Shown: positions 41,300 to 54,900 of the stretch, piece by piece | Layout: every line of letters begins with the position of its first letter | Position numbering within the stretch: position 1 is the first letter of the stretch | Source of the DNA: Guillardia theta CCMP2712 | Lineage: Eukaryota; Protista; Cryptophyta | Length of the DNA: 64,000 bases | NCBI RefSeq assembly: GCF_000315625.1 | Contig: NW_005434531.1 | Location: forward strand, 1 to 64,000 | Direction of reading: 5' to 3' | The notes under the pieces: generated by a model | Databases searched by the model: none | What the model was told of the DNA's origin: nothing | The model's input: the letters and a program-made list of their open reading frames with translations, nothing else | Program-made: the position numbers and the translations under genes

Positions 41300-43755
41300 G
41301 GGATGGAAAGAGCATCATAACCACCGGGGTCTCCAGCAACGTATGACTTGTGCGAGAGGCCGGCTTGGGGCCGGCAAACGGTCGGGGTCAACAGGATGGA
41401 AGACGCTGCGCACAGTGCTGATTGTGCTTCATGCGGTGAGTTCATATGATCTACAGTCAATGATGCCGCTCTGTACCAGTGTGAGGAGGACAAGAGATGG
41501 AGTGAACGGATGCAAACGAATCAGCTGAAATTAGTTGCAGGTCTGCTTGTCGGTGGATGCTGGCTTGATTCTGCCCGAGAACCAAGAGGTGATCAACTAC
41601 ATTGCATGCGTGTGATGTTTCCTCATCTCTTGTACATTCAGCCTGCGAAATTGAGCTCTTCCCGTCCGAGATCAAACCCCTCCAAACTGGAACTGTCTGT
41701 ACCTGAACAAGACAGTAGTTATTCGAACCTTGGGTGCAGGACAAACAGCCAGTCAGATTTGAATGCTGACAAGGATGATGGCATGAATAGTAGAAGGCCT
41801 TCCTCTGTACAATCTTCATCTCGCGCGCGAAGTTCGAAGATTGAAGATGAGAACGCAAACTGGAATTTCATCATCAACCAAGGAAAAATCATCGGTGAAC
41901 AATTCTAGGTGGGTGAAACATTGTGAAGGAGTCTTTACAGGGAATGGAACATTTGGTGTTGTCTATGAAGCAGTCTTGGAAGAGACTGGCGAGAAAGTTG
42001 CTGTAAAGAGAGTGAGGCAAGATCCAAGATTCCGAAATCGAGGTCGAACAATTGAATGTGGATTATTCTTGTGGAATGTTTGACTCATTATCGCAGAGCT
42101 GGCAATCATGAGATTACTGAATCATCCAAATATTGTGCCACTCAAGCACTACGGATTCTCTTCTGTGGCTGCTAGGTGAGCTCTATTGCTCTTCATTCGT
42201 TGCTGGACCTACATCGAGGCTTTCATACTTATGTTTTGCGACAGTCCGGGGAAGATTTATCTGAATCTTGTGATGGAATTCCTTCCGGCAAATCTCCATC
42301 GGCTCATCAAGGTTAAGAGTCTTGCATACTGGCATGCTCCTGCGTCTGAGGAGTTTTACAGTATCATGCAAGGAGACAGGAGTCGATGTCGTTGCTGTCA
42401 GCCAAGGTTGAATACAGCAGGGAACCGATCATGAGCTATCTGGACTGAGCCTCTTTGACAGGTCTATAGCTGGCAAATTTTAAGGGCCCTTGCTTATCTA
42501 CATAGAAGAAATATTTGTCACAGGTCATTTGTTTCTCCTTTGCCAACTTCATCTGAATCATCCTTGAACAGAGACATCAAACCTCAAAATGTTTTGATTG
42601 ACCCAGAGACACACAAAGTATTCTCGCCATTTCAACAATTATTGAATCTCAAAGCTTCGGTCTAACAGGCTAAGTTGTGCGACTTTGGAAGCTCGAAGCG
42701 ACTTCAGAGCGGCACAACGTCGATCGCATACATCTGTTCGCGATTCTACAGGTGATGATCCTTGAGCTCCTCCCTGCGATGACACCTGCCGAAAGGTCTC
42801 CAGAGCTGATCATGGGGGCGACGGAGTACAGCACGTCCATCGACATGTGGTCCTTCGGGTGATGCACTTGTGACCCTTTGTGCTCGACGGTTGACAGGAG
42901 GTGCAGATGTGTGCTCGGAGAGATGCTGATAGGTCGACCTCTCTTCCCAGCTGAGAGCCAGGAGCAGGTCGGTGCTGGAGCTCAGCTTGCCACAGTTTGA
43001 CGCGTGTTGGCAGCAATTGAAATCGATCGCACAAGTGATTGGAGTGCCCGACGGCTCCATGCTCAAGAGCATGAAGGTGAAATAGAAGCAGTAAGCCGAG
43101 CAAGGTCTGAGGATAAATGCAGGTGAACATGACCGAGGCAAACATGGAGAAGCTGCACAACAAGTCCGTCAAGGTGAGAGGATGGTGTCTGAGGATGCGG
43201 GATGTGACAAGGAACGAAGGTCCAAGGATGGGAGATCTTGCGCTCAACGAAAACTCCATTAGAGGCCGCGGACCTTCTTTCGCAGGCACTTGGACTCGTC
43301 GCATCCTGTTCTTGTCTGATCAGCCCGCAGCTGCTCGTCTACAAGCCGGAGAAGCGTTTGAATCCCTTGCAGTGTCTTGCTCACTCCTTCTTCGACGTCC
43401 TCCGATCCCCCGACACTTGGTCTCTCCTCCTACCTCTTCTCGCTCCGACTGATGCCTCGTGTCCAGCTTACCAGGAAAGCGAAGTCTTCCCTCGCTCTTC
43501 GACTTCACTACTGAAGAAATCCTATGGGCGAGGTGAGCTGGGCCGGCCCGCTCTGTCTCGTTCCCTTATCGCTTGATCAGAGAGCTCAATCTCCTCCATC
43601 GCATTGTCCCCGCCCATGCTCGTGGAGAGCTGAACTTCCAAGGGACTCCGGTGTGGAAACCGAGCCTCCTGTCCCTTTTTCCTACCGTGACTCTGGGGCA
43701 GGTGACTTCTCCTAACCCCACTCCTCTGCCTTCAAGGGGCCCATCGCCAGGATGA
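41300..43755 (+). CDS. GSK3: GSK3/shaggy-like Ser/Thr kinase with an N-terminal extension (multi-exon; start uncertain)
   Basis: [67 protein letters not shown]...[10 protein letters not shown]|[21 protein letters not shown]. Confidence 0.93.
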
Positions 43756-45104
43756 AAATCTGATCGCCGCGGGGACTCTGACGAATGCGGCCGAAACTGT
43801 TGTGTATATCAGTGTTTATTTTGTGTAACATGCTGCAGTAAGATTGAATCGATAATGTCTTGACTACGCACCGAAGTGCTTTGTGCAGCTTTGGGTCGCG
43901 ATGTATCACACCCGGTGTTGCACTGCCAGTTATGCGTTTGGCCTGCCTCAGGCGGGGCGGGCACGACTCACCTATTGCTCGAGTGGCATTTGAAGTCTGC
44001 CTCAGATCTTTAGATATTGGGATCAGGCAGGGCAGCAATAGCACATAAGCGCTTTTAAATATTTTTTAAAAAAATTAATATCCCGAAGGTCATACTGGTC
44101 GCTAGAAATAGGTACACTACTAATCGTTTTATATTTGTTAAATTCTACCAGAAAAATACAAAAATAAAAAAGTTTTTTTTAATTATTAGCCGTTCATCTC
44201 ATTGCTGTAGGATGATCAACAGTACTACCGGGTTGTTCTACAGACAGACTGATCCTAATTAAAAATACTTAAAATGATATTAATTATTTATTTATACCTC
44301 TTCTTGGTACAAAGAAAATTTATATATATATTCATTTATAAACCAATTTTTATAAGTTGTTGTACAGGAGGAGCTGACACCTACAAGTACAAGCGGGTGG
44401 GTGGAGGGTCCTTATCTTTGGGTGAGAGGGGGGTAGTCTCAGTAGATATGTTGGGTGGGGGGTCAGAATTCAGGGGTGGGGTAGTTCCCACAGCAGGTGA
44501 GGGCTGGTGGAATGCAGCAAGCGAAGCAGGGAAATGGACGAGGGGCAGGAAAGCCGAGAAATGAAGAGGAGAATGAAGAAAAGAAAAAAAGTATGCAGAG
44601 AGAGAGAGAGAGAGAGTTTTATGTGGTCGCATTGGTATGCAAGGTTGAAGGGGAGAAGGACTGGGACGAGATGAGGAAGGAGAAATATTCATAGCGAGAT
44701 AGCACAATGTACATGCCAGTAGAGGACGAATGAACAGACAAGGGATGTATGAGAGGTAAAATTTTGTATGTCTGTTCAAGGAGGGAAGGGTTCTGGAGCT
44801 AGAGAAAGGAGGGGGAGAGAATAATGGTGCGACAGAGGGGGTCGAGACCAGAAGCAGGGTGCACAGAGGTTTAGGATTTCATAGGCGGATCCGAAGCGCA
44901 GGAGGCTGAGATGTTTGTTTCCAAAGACTCGGATGAAAATTTTGAAGTAGACACGATGTAGAGACTACTTTGTAAACAGATGTGGATTGGGACTACATTC
45001 CTCGCTCTAATCTCTGAATGTCCGCAGCGATGATCGAGTGCCGGGAGTGAGCATGTGAAAAGGCCCCGCACAAACAGAGTTGGGCAGGCTCCCCTACGCC
45101 CACA

Positions 45105-48100
45105 ATGCCGTGGTCCCAAGGGAATCCTCTGTGGAACGATCCTGGAAGTCCGTGGCGAGATTCTGAGCTGAATGCTGCCAGCGGGACCGTCCCAGGGCTC
45201 TTGCAAGAAGAGGGGACGGACTCTGGAGCTGCGGACTTGGATTCGAGTGAATTCACGCAGAGAGCTATGTCAAATGACCCGTTTCAAGTGAGCTCGAGGG
45301 GACTTGACCTCTCTTGGGGTCAGCTTCTGCCGTCACAGCCATCTCTCTCACTTCACCAGTAAGCAATCTCTTTCACATTTTGAACCAAGAGCGATGGAAC
45401 TTATCGTCTTTGCTCTTCAGGCTGGGGGGTCTGGGCAACGCAGGTGGTCCTCTTGTTTATGGTTCCTTCGGAGTCAGTCAAGATGATAAAGAGGTTTCAC
45501 GATTCCAAGCTTGTCTTCATGATCTGAATCGCGATGCAGACGTCGTCGTTGATACACATTCTGGGCAGTGACCTTTTTCACGGAGCTTTGGATGAAGATA
45601 TTGGTTAAATCTTTGTGTATACTTCTGTAATTCTGAGCATGAATCTTGCAGAGGGCAAGTCTCCAAGTTTGGATGAGATGAATGACATCAACTCTGGAAC
45701 TATTGCCTTGTCAGGCACGACGTTGACGAATGCCAAGTTGAAAGACCTGAATGGATTGCCGCATGTTCCACTACCTCAAAAGCTTCTCAATCCTAACGTG
45801 AAGGACGACTCTCGAACATCTGCGTCGAAATCGGAGAGTCTCAAGATTCCCGTGTCAACTCAAGTGCGCAATGACGTGCAAGCCACAGACATCTTTGGGA
45901 AATTTGACCGGGGAATCTTTCAAGTCAATGAATCAATGCTTTCGGGGATGAGCGAACTTCCGAATGGTGATGTTGTATCAGAGGGCTATGTGGTGTGCGG
46001 GGACGTGAATCGGGGTCTGGGCAGCTCTGACAAAGACTCTCTGGCTGTATTAAATGGCAAACTGTTGGAGAAGGAGCCTCGTATGTTAGACCACAAACCA
46101 GGGCCGCGTCAAAACGATCGTAAACATATCTCTGCAAAGGAAGGCCGCCACAATCGAGTTGATGATGCCTCAAAAGAGTTCAAGGAGAAGGGCACGGATT
46201 CGAATCAAATCGAGATTGCCAAGGATCCAAGTGTTGACAGCAAAACTGCAGATACTGAAGCTGGCACCAGTCAACCTGCTGAAGTGGATCCTCCTGTCGC
46301 TGGGATTGAAGATTCCAACTTGCAATGTCTGAATGAGAAGCAACAAGACAAGTCTGACGCAAGCAGCGTGATCGAAACTATCTCCAACCCTGCGGATGAC
46401 GAGCAAGGATTTAATGAATTTTCGAGTGTGAAAGGAATTTCTAAGAAGAAACGACTAAAACCAAGTAAGGAGCATTTACTTTGTTTCAAGTTTCTGACTA
46501 TGACAGGAAAACAAAAAGAAGACCCCGGTTTTACACCAGCTTCGGAGGGAGCAAGCGTCGATGACGCTGCAGACAGCCTGCCCCCTACTTGGTCTAAACA
46601 GCAGGGCACAGTGCTGCAGTCGGAAGAACAAGCGCACACCTTTACAGAACATCCTACTTCCACTTCTATTCCCAAGATTGTCAAGCACCAAGAATCTCGT
46701 GCACATGCCAAGGATGTAAAAGATGGAAAGGATCTCAAGGTATGCAACGGATTTTGAAATAGAAACTTTCGAGCAGTTGAAAGTTGTACCAGGGACAGAG
46801 AGTGGTTCAAAGTTCTTGTCCCAGCGTAAAAAAACAGAAAGCTTCAGTCCATAAGAAACAACATCACCAACCGCAACAGCAAGTATGATGAGGATGATGT
46901 GAAAAGATATTTTCTCTGACCACTCGTTGCTTTGCACAGAAAAAGACCAAAGTAGTTGTTAGCTCGGATGAAGAAGAAGAAATTGCACCTTCGGGTTTGA
47001 ATCAATTTAGGCAAAACTTCCTTTCGTGGCTTGCAGCTTTGTTCAAGCCAGGGTACAGGTCTTTTTGACTGTGTGTGCCATCATTATGGTAATTGAATAC
47101 CAGGCGAAGGAATAAGGCTCGAAATACAAAACGACTTAACATTTTTGGATTTAGCAAATATTGGAATATTCTCGAAATAGTAGTCATGGTATGCAATGTG
47201 ATCTTGCGGCATGAGATGGACTGACGCGGATTAGATCCCTCTGATCCTCATTGCTTGGAGCGTTCTCGTCCGGCTACACAACTATGAGAGGGATTCAGAA
47301 TGCCATGGAGTCAGAGAAATCGTACGGTTGGAATGTGTCAGAAAAGTTGGAGTGGATTGCCGGTGTCGATCGTTGTGATTCGTTTTTATAGTATCTGAAT
47401 TGTGTGCTCAGAATTCTTGCGACGTACGTGAGAACCTTCTGCTACATAGCCGAAGTTCTGCCTGGTCACGTCACCTTTCGCTTTCTGTGGAACTTTGTTT
47501 GGTCCTCCAATTCAAGTCGGACTACGAAACCTTCGGCCGTGCAGCCCAGAAGCTCGTGGTGGAGCGATCCTTTCTACGTGAGTGACTTTGCACTTGGCCT
47601 TGCCTCCCGGCTGATTGTCTCCTCCCAGTGGTCTCGGTCTCGAGCTCCGCCTGACACCCCCATGGTCAGCTGTCGGCTCCTCCCTCTTCAGCACTTCTGT
47701 GTAGTGGGGGGGCATGGCCACTATGAGCGACTTCGCTGGCACCTAGACACTGTGAGTTTGAAGCCAGTGAGTAGCAGAGAATGGCTCCGTTGACTGCTCG
47801 TGAAGGTGTTGGAGATCCTGCAGCTAGAACGGTCAGGTGGTTCCTATTCCAAAGACAAACGCTGCTCTGGAGAAGAGTGAGCCTCTCCTTCCTTCCCCTC
47901 TTGCCTGTTGACCAGCATGGCAGGTGTGACTCCTTGCTCTCGAGCCGTTGGAGTCTCGGGGTGAAGAGGTACCAGGAATCTTACAGCTTCGTCTGCGTAC
48001 AGCAGTTCGGAGAAGGAGCCGAGTTCGACGGGGAGATGTGTGCATGCCGAAAGGGATACGTAAGACCAGCAGATGGGAGGGGAAGGCTGAGGTGCAGGAG

Positions 48101-48471
48101 GGCTCACTGAGAAGGCAGGTCGTCCTTGGAGGAATGTGCCGCAAGGTTAAGCGCTGCGATGACAGCGAGAGCGGGAGAAGTGCGAACAACGGGAAGTTAG
48201 CGATCGAGGGCTCTAAGCGAGACAAGAAGCGAATCTCGTCAACGAACCAGGGCAAATGCAACTCGAAGACAAAGAAGAAGAGCGGGAAGAGCAGGAGGAT
48301 GAAGGAGCTCCGAAGAAACAGCGTCGTGCTTTAGAGGAGCGTGAGGAAGAGGCAGCGAGGGGAGGGATGGGACGGATGTTTCAATCCATGTTGCGATCTT
48401 TCAACTTAAACTTGGATGCTTCCGCGATGCGAGCACGAGCAGAACCTATTTACAGACAGCAGAATCCTTGA
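45105..48471 (+). CDS. Hypothetical protein: long acidic disordered N-terminal part, hydrophobic segments and a Cys-rich C-terminal stretch (multi-exon)
   Basis: 380-codon exon at 45615-46757. Later exons include FGFSKYWNILEIVVM|IPLILIAWSVLV and CVQQFGEGAEFDGEMCACRKGY. May be more than one gene. Confidence 0.55.
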
Positions 48472-48519
48472 AGCGATACCATGGCCTCAGCTTCAGCTTG
48501 GGCTCAGCACCCGCCCTTG

Positions 48520-49602
48520 TCACTCGAACGGGTTTGTCTGCGTGTCCCACGCCCTCCTGGCGTTTTCAATGATTCGCTCCTCCTCCTCGTACACCGGGGC
48601 CTTCTTTTCTTCCTGATCGATGCGCTCGAGCTGCTCGGCGCTGAACTCAGTGGGAGTCTCGCTCTTGAAGAGGTCGAAGCGGATCCTGTACAGGTCCATG
48701 TTGTGATCGATCTCCACCACCTTCCCCTCGTTCCCGCTGAATGCTCCTCCCTTCACTCGCACCCTCGTCCCGACCTCGAACGCCACAGGAACCTTGGACG
48801 TCTCCATCATCCCAAGTCGCTCGAAGATCCTCCGCTCCTCATCTCGCGTCAGGGGCGTTGGAACCACATGGCCCCTCCCCGCAGCGATGCCTCCTCCAGC
48901 GTTCTTCCTCGCGCGGTCATGCCCCACGAAGTTGAGGACGTGGTTGGAGTTCTTGATCATGAACCACGTGTCCTTGTCCATGCGCATACGCACGAGGACA
49001 TAGCCAGCAAAGAGCTTCTCCTGCTTCTCTACCGGCTTGTTGCCCAGCCCCAGCTTGGTGACCTTTGTGCATGGAACGAGAACCTCGACTACCGTCTTCT
49101 GCAGGCGGCGGCTATTTGCAACCTTAGCCATGATAGTGGCCTTGACGCTGTCCTCTAGGCCAGGATTACACTGGACGATGTACCAGCGAGGAGGAGGAAG
49201 AGTTGACTCGTCCAGGTCATCATCGATACCCTCGAGCTCTCCTTCCTCCGGACCATATCGGACCCAGTCCGCGCCCAACTGCTCGAGTCCCTTCCAATCG
49301 ACGTCTGATTTCTTCTGCCCCTTAGCACGTTGTCCTATTCCTGGCACAGGCTCGGAGGCATCCTGCATCGACAGGGAGCGAAAGCTGGCTCGTCCTCGTG
49401 AGGAGCCGGCGAAGCGACCACAGCATGCCTGACGGGAGGCGGTGGAAGCAGGACAGAACGAAGAGTGGGAGTAGCCACAAGTGGAGGGGAAGGAGGGAGA
49501 AGGGGAGAAGGAGGAAGAGGAGGAGAGGGAAAGGAGATGCGAGATGGGGGAGAACGCCAAGGTCACGTCCAAGAGCCCCAACACTATCAGAATGCGGGGC
49601 AT
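48520..49602 (-). CDS. nusG: Plastid-targeted transcription elongation/antitermination factor NusG (intronless)
   Basis: NGN domain RWYIVQCNPGLEDSVK...EKLFAGYVLVRMRMDKDTWFMIKNSNHVLNFVG and KOW domain FEVGTRVRVKGGAFSGNEGKVVEID. Presequence MPRILIVLGLLDVTLA-F followed by a Ser-rich transit region. Confidence 0.93.
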   Translation of the reverse strand: MPRILIVLGLLDVTLAFSPISHLLSLSSSSSFSPSPSFPSTCGYSHSSFCPASTASRQACCGRFAGSSRGRASFRSLSMQDASEPVPGIGQRAKGQKKSDVDWKGLEQLGADWVRYGPEEGELEGIDDDLDESTLPPPRWYIVQCNPGLEDSVKATIMAKVANSRRLQKTVVEVLVPCTKVTKLGLGNKPVEKQEKLFAGYVLVRMRMDKDTWFMIKNSNHVLNFVGHDRARKNAGGGIAAGRGHVVPTPLTRDEERRIFERLGMMETSKVPVAFEVGTRVRVKGGAFSGNEGKVVEIDHNMDLYRIRFDLFKSETPTEFSAEQLERIDQEEKKAPVYEEEERIIENARRAWDTQTNPFE

Positions 49603-50259
49603 GGCCGACAGACTGAAGTTCGTCACAGGGGGTGGGGGTTATGTTGGGCAGTGGGTTCAAACTCTCTTAAAGAGGGTAGTATTATGGATGAAGATAGGGT
49701 GGGTGCTTGTTGTAGACGCAAGCACAGGGGTGGGGTACGGTGGGGGGCCACATGTGAAACTCTCGAGGTTTTCAAATCCGACTGCAAAATTACTTCTCTT
49801 TGCACCCAAATGACTTGAACTTCCCATCAAAATTTCAAAATTTGACATAGATAGTGGGAAGATTTGAGGTGTCGGATGATGTACCCACATCCCCTCATCA
49901 ACCCGTTGCAGTTCCCGCGCTTTTGCCATTGCCATGGGAGAGAGTGGGAGGGGAGGAGGAGGAGGAGGAGGAGGGAGGAGGGAGGAGAAGAACGAGGGAG
50001 AAGTTCAGGGATAGGGACAGAGAAGAAGAAGAGTATGCAAGAGCTTGGAGGAGCGAGGCATGAAATCAGCGCAAGTAGGAGGATGAACTGCGAGATATGC
50101 GATTACTTCGGAACAAACCTTTGAGAAACGATTTTAGAGGTTGCTACTCATTTCAATGCAACCTGACGCTTTCTTCTCCTGCAGAGAACATCCGATGGTA
50201 CAAAAGACAAAGAAACCATTTGTGAACGAAATGCCGCTGCCCAGGAGGTCAAAACCAGA

Positions 50260-51900
50260 TTGGGATGTAATGATACGTCTGTCCTGTACCCCTGTTGTTT
50301 GACCTTGCATCTTGACACACAGAACTCGAACAACAACCTCAAAGTTTACAAACTTTCGAAAGATGATCTCGATCACAAGCTGAAGTCGAGGAAGCACAAA
50401 CCTCTGCAAGATTACACCAACCTCAATCTGGTAAGTAGAAGCATCCTCCCTCTACAGCGTTCTCAAGCCTCTTGTGCAGACGAGGAGAAGACGACCGGAT
50501 GGCTCGGAGTACGTGGTTGGCAGATACACACCTTCAGTCGTAGACCCGAGGAAGTCGTTGCTACGATCGAGGTGGGAAGGGGGGGAGGGGAGGGGAGCGA
50601 GCGACTGGGATATAATCTCAGACCTGACGCTCTCAGCAGGCCGAAATCTGCTGAAGAGAGCAGCCGGGCGAGTGAATTCAGTCTTCCTCATGAAAGGTCT
50701 GGTTCCAGCCAAGAGAAGTCGTTCGAGCAGGAGGCGGATTCTCAAACTGCAGTGTCTTGTGAAAAGACAGATCCCAAGTATTCCATGTACAGGATTCCGT
50801 CTAGTTTTCATTTCACACACGCGACTGGGCTTGTTGAGACTTGTGTGGTTTCTAGTTCAAGTGATGTGGAGCAGATGGTAGAGTTGCAGGACACTGAGAT
50901 TAACATGGAGGAATCTAGTGACTCTGGAGTGTTGGAGAATAGTTCATCTCCGGAGGAGACGAAACAGAGGGAGGTGGAATCTGAAAGGCAGGAGTTCACT
51001 GGCGCTGGCTCCAATGACACAAACAACAAAACTGCCACAAGGCGAGCATGGAGTCTTTCCGATTCGACCAAGAAGATCAAGGGAGGAGCCTTGAGAGTAG
51101 AAGCTGATTCACCTCTTAGTGGTCAGCGGGTTACCCAACGACTTCATTTTCCAACTCAATCAAGCAAGAGGGAGAAGGCCAACGAGAACGATTTGGATCA
51201 CTTGGAACAAGCCTGCGAGGAATTGAGGACCAAAGTTGTCAAGTACGAGTACTTGACTGGAAGGTGTGAGCACCTTTGTCCTTGTCCATTCATGAAAGAG
51301 CTCCTGTAGGTTGGAGGTCGCTCAACCTCTTGAAAGGAGGTCTGAGATACAAGGATCATACACGGAGTTCCTGTTGAGGGCCAGCTCCAGGCTCGTTGAG
51401 TACTTGAGTAAGGAGACGCTAAAGTCATTGTACGAGAATCTGACGTATTTCAAGTGGAAGCAGACAAGCGCAATTCTACCCAGGAGAAGAAGGTAGAACA
51501 ACTGGAACAAGAATGCAGCATTCTGAGGGGAGAGGTGATTGATAGAGCCTCGTTTGGTTGCTACATGCACTGAACTCAGAATTCCAGAGTGTGGAGCTCA
51601 AGATAGAGATGGACAAAGTGAAGGAAGAGAGTAACAATCGCGTGAACTGCTTGCAGAATGAAATGCAGACACAACTATCCGAGCTCAAGGAGGAAAACTC
51701 CAAGTTGCAAGAGCAGGTAAAAAAAGCTGAGCCTCTGACATCTTGATGCTTCTGAGCACCGCTACAGGTTCGGATGCTGCTCGACAACATCGAATTCCAA
51801 GGGATCCAACACTTGCTGGATAGGAATCTCAAGTCGATTGGTGGTTCTCGTGTGACTTCAGCTCGTTCCCATTAGCCAACAGCAGAGTGGCAGTGAGAGT
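50260..51900 (+). CDS. Hypothetical protein with a C-terminal coiled coil (multi-exon)
   Basis: Long exon within 50260-51309 followed by heptad-rich exons (EFQSVELKIEMDKVKEESNNRVNCLQNEMQTQLSELKEENSKLQEQ). Confidence 0.6.
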
Positions 51901-51961
51901 TTTGTGAGGACTTACATGTTTGATATGTCTATTCCTGGATACCCTCCTCGGTATTCCACTC

Positions 51962-54900
51962 TCACTGAACCGGGGAGAAGACGCCCTGGTTTCTGTTGAG
52001 AGAGGCCCATTCTCGCTCCAGCATCTTGACCTTCACTTCAGCTTCCTTGAGGCTCCTGCTCTTCTCCTCCATGTCGCTCTTGGCGCGCTCTATGGTACGT
52101 AGACACCTGCAGCCTGTCAGCGATGAGTGGGCGGTATGAGTACTTCACATGTCAATCAGATCGCCGCCTGAGCCCTCGGATGACGAGACTCGACTAGAGA
52201 CGAGGGAGGCGAGGGCCCGGCAGACCTTCATGAGGTCCTCCTTCCCGACCGCCCCCACACACGCCTTCATTCCTCTCGCGCTGCTCGTGCTCGTGCTCGT
52301 GCTCGTGGTTGTGGTTGTGGTTGGTTTGCTCAGAGCATGCGGCTGCGGCATCTTGTTTGAGGAGATCGGTCGCAAGACCTGCAGGCATCTCATCTGCGGG
52401 AGGCGCTTTACAGGGTCAGAGCTTTACCTTGGAGGACGAGGCTGCTGAGACTGGAGCTCGCTTCCAGCTGGACAGGGTCGTCTCCCTCACACTTGCCTTG
52501 ACCTTCTTCGCACTCGCATCCTCCGACTTGTGTGCTCGACTGTGATCCTCGATCGTGAGCTGCTTCACCTGCTCCTCCAGCTCGCCGATCTTCTGCTGCA
52601 GCTGCTTCGCCTCCTCCCTCGCCCGGGTCTCCGCCTCCATCACAGCGTCCACCTCAGCCATGGACGTCAACCTCTCCTTCTCGCTGCGCGCCAGCTCCCA
52701 CTCGAGATGCTTGACTTTGGACTTGAGCTTCTGCAGGAGAGGATCGGAGACTGCCTGCTCCTGGCCGACATCAGCAAGGGGAATCAAACTTGACATCTCA
52801 ATGTTGATCAAACTCAGAGCACGCGAGAGGGAGGAGGACAGGAGCTGGACTTGCGTCATGATGTCCTCAGCACGAGTCAGCTCCCTCTGCGTCCTGCTCA
52901 GCTCTAGCTGCATGTCTGCGACTTCCTGTTCTTTGCGCGTGAGGTTGACAAACATGAGGTCGACTTCCTTGGCTGAGCTCTCGACCAGGACCGCAAGGTC
53001 CTGCATCTGCTTCCTGAAAGCCGACCGTTCGCTCTCGAGCTCGTGCTGCAGCACGTCCACACGTTTCTGTAGAGCTTCTCCTCCAACCTGTTCCTCAAAC
53101 TCTAGCACCGACACACCGGCCGTCTGCTTGCCCGTCAAGTCCATCAGCCCTTGCTCCAGCGCAAAGAGAGAGTATGAGAGCTGCGCGGAACACTCTGAAA
53201 GTTCCTTGACAAGGTGCCCTACAATGAAGCCAACAAACTCTGAATCAACCATGCTGACCGACCCAATAGAAGTCAAAGTCTTGTCGGAGACCTCCTGATG
53301 TACCAACTCCATCTCCCTCCTCGCCTCTGCAAGCTCCGCCGCTAGTGCCCCTGCCCGCTCCGCCTCCCCCCTCGCCTCCTCAAGCTCCGCCGCTAGTGCC
53401 CCTGCCCGCTCCGCCTCCCCCCTCGCCTCCTCAAGCTCCGCCGCTAGTGCCCCTGCCCGCTCCGCCTCCCTCCTCGCCTCTGCAAGCTCCGCCGCTAGTG
53501 CCCCTGCCCGCTCCGCCTCCCCCCTCGCCTCCTCAAGCTCCGCCGCTAGTGCCCCTGCCCGCTCCGCCTCCCTCCTCGCCTCTGCAAGCTCCGCCGCTAG
53601 TGCTCTTCTTTCCGTTATCACCATCACGGCCTCTGTTTTCTGCTTGTGTTCGGGTGGTTGATTGTCTGCATTGCTGGGCGTATCAGTTAGTTTTGGTTTG
53701 TTTGTTGTAGCTTTGACATGGTCGTCGAACAGTTTTGCCTTGGCGAACTTCATCTGGAGAAACTCGTTCTCAGCCTTCATGATAGAGTATTGTGCCAGGA
53801 GGCCATTAATTTGCTTCTTATATTCCATCTCGATGCGATCGCTCTTGATTCGCTTCTCAAGGTCGCTCCTAACTATTTCTTGTTGCAATTGCGTCATCAC
53901 AAGACCCAACCGCATCCCCTGCCCTTCGATGGCTCGCAACTTCTCATCAACCACGCTTACCAGCTTCAACTGCTCAGATAATTTCCGCTCAGTGATTTCC
54001 AAAGTATCCACAGCGTCAGACACAATAATCGCTTCCTGCATTGTCTTTTGCAGTTTGCACGAGTCCTCAAACTCCTTCAACAGTGATTGAAAATCAGGCT
54101 CCAATTTCCCCATCCTGCAGCCTTCCTTGTATCCTTGCAGCTTTCTGCCATGGCAGTCAAATCAATCGCCACAGCCATCATGGTTGAAAGGTTTTACCTC
54201 TCAGAACATGGAAGAGAAGCTTGTGATGTAGGTACGGTCACCCTGACTGGCTGGAAGAGAGATGTCGTTTCTTCGAGCTCCTTCATCCCATTTTCCAGCC
54301 GGTATATACTCGATGAGATCGACGAGCCTTTCCGGTTGGCCATCTCACAATCCTCCTTCAAAAACACCCGAGTTACAATGACCCGCCGGAGAGAAAATAA
54401 TTTGGTCAAAGAAGCAAGGTTCAAGATTCAAACATCTCTATACCGCAGGCTCTTGGTGTCCTAGGCGTGGATTCATTGAGCCAGCAGTAGTCCGGTATTT
54501 TTGTATCTCTTCTTGTTGTGTTCGTAGAGAGTGCTGACATCAGCATATCAATCTTCGATCTTGACTTGCATCTCAAATTTACCTGCATGTTGTGGTATTT
54601 CTCTAGTATGTGTCGGTTCTCATCGAATTGCATTCTCAACAAAGATTGAGCGTCGTGTTGCAACTGTTGTGATTGCTTCAATTCTTTCTTCATATCCTTC
54701 ATCTCTTTCTTCTTCCGCTTCAGGTACTCCTTGTACTTGAACTCATAATCCTTTACGTGCCTCAACGTCTTGTCCAGCTTCATCTTGAGCTCATTCTTCT
54801 CTTTCTCCAGCCGTCGATTCTCCCCCCTGTACCTCTCCAGCTCTGAAGCCAGCACGGTGGCCCGTCGCATCCAGCTGAGCTTCTCATGTTGCAAGTTCTT

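Noticed and set aside
43712-44048. Possible small gene after GSK3
   Set aside because: One intron-like GTGAG..CAG on the minus strand, but no convincing start or recognisable product.
48481-49158. 225-aa plus-strand ORF and similar antisense ORFs over the GT13, coiled-coil and 801-aa genes
   Set aside because: Antisense shadows of real GC3-rich coding sequences.
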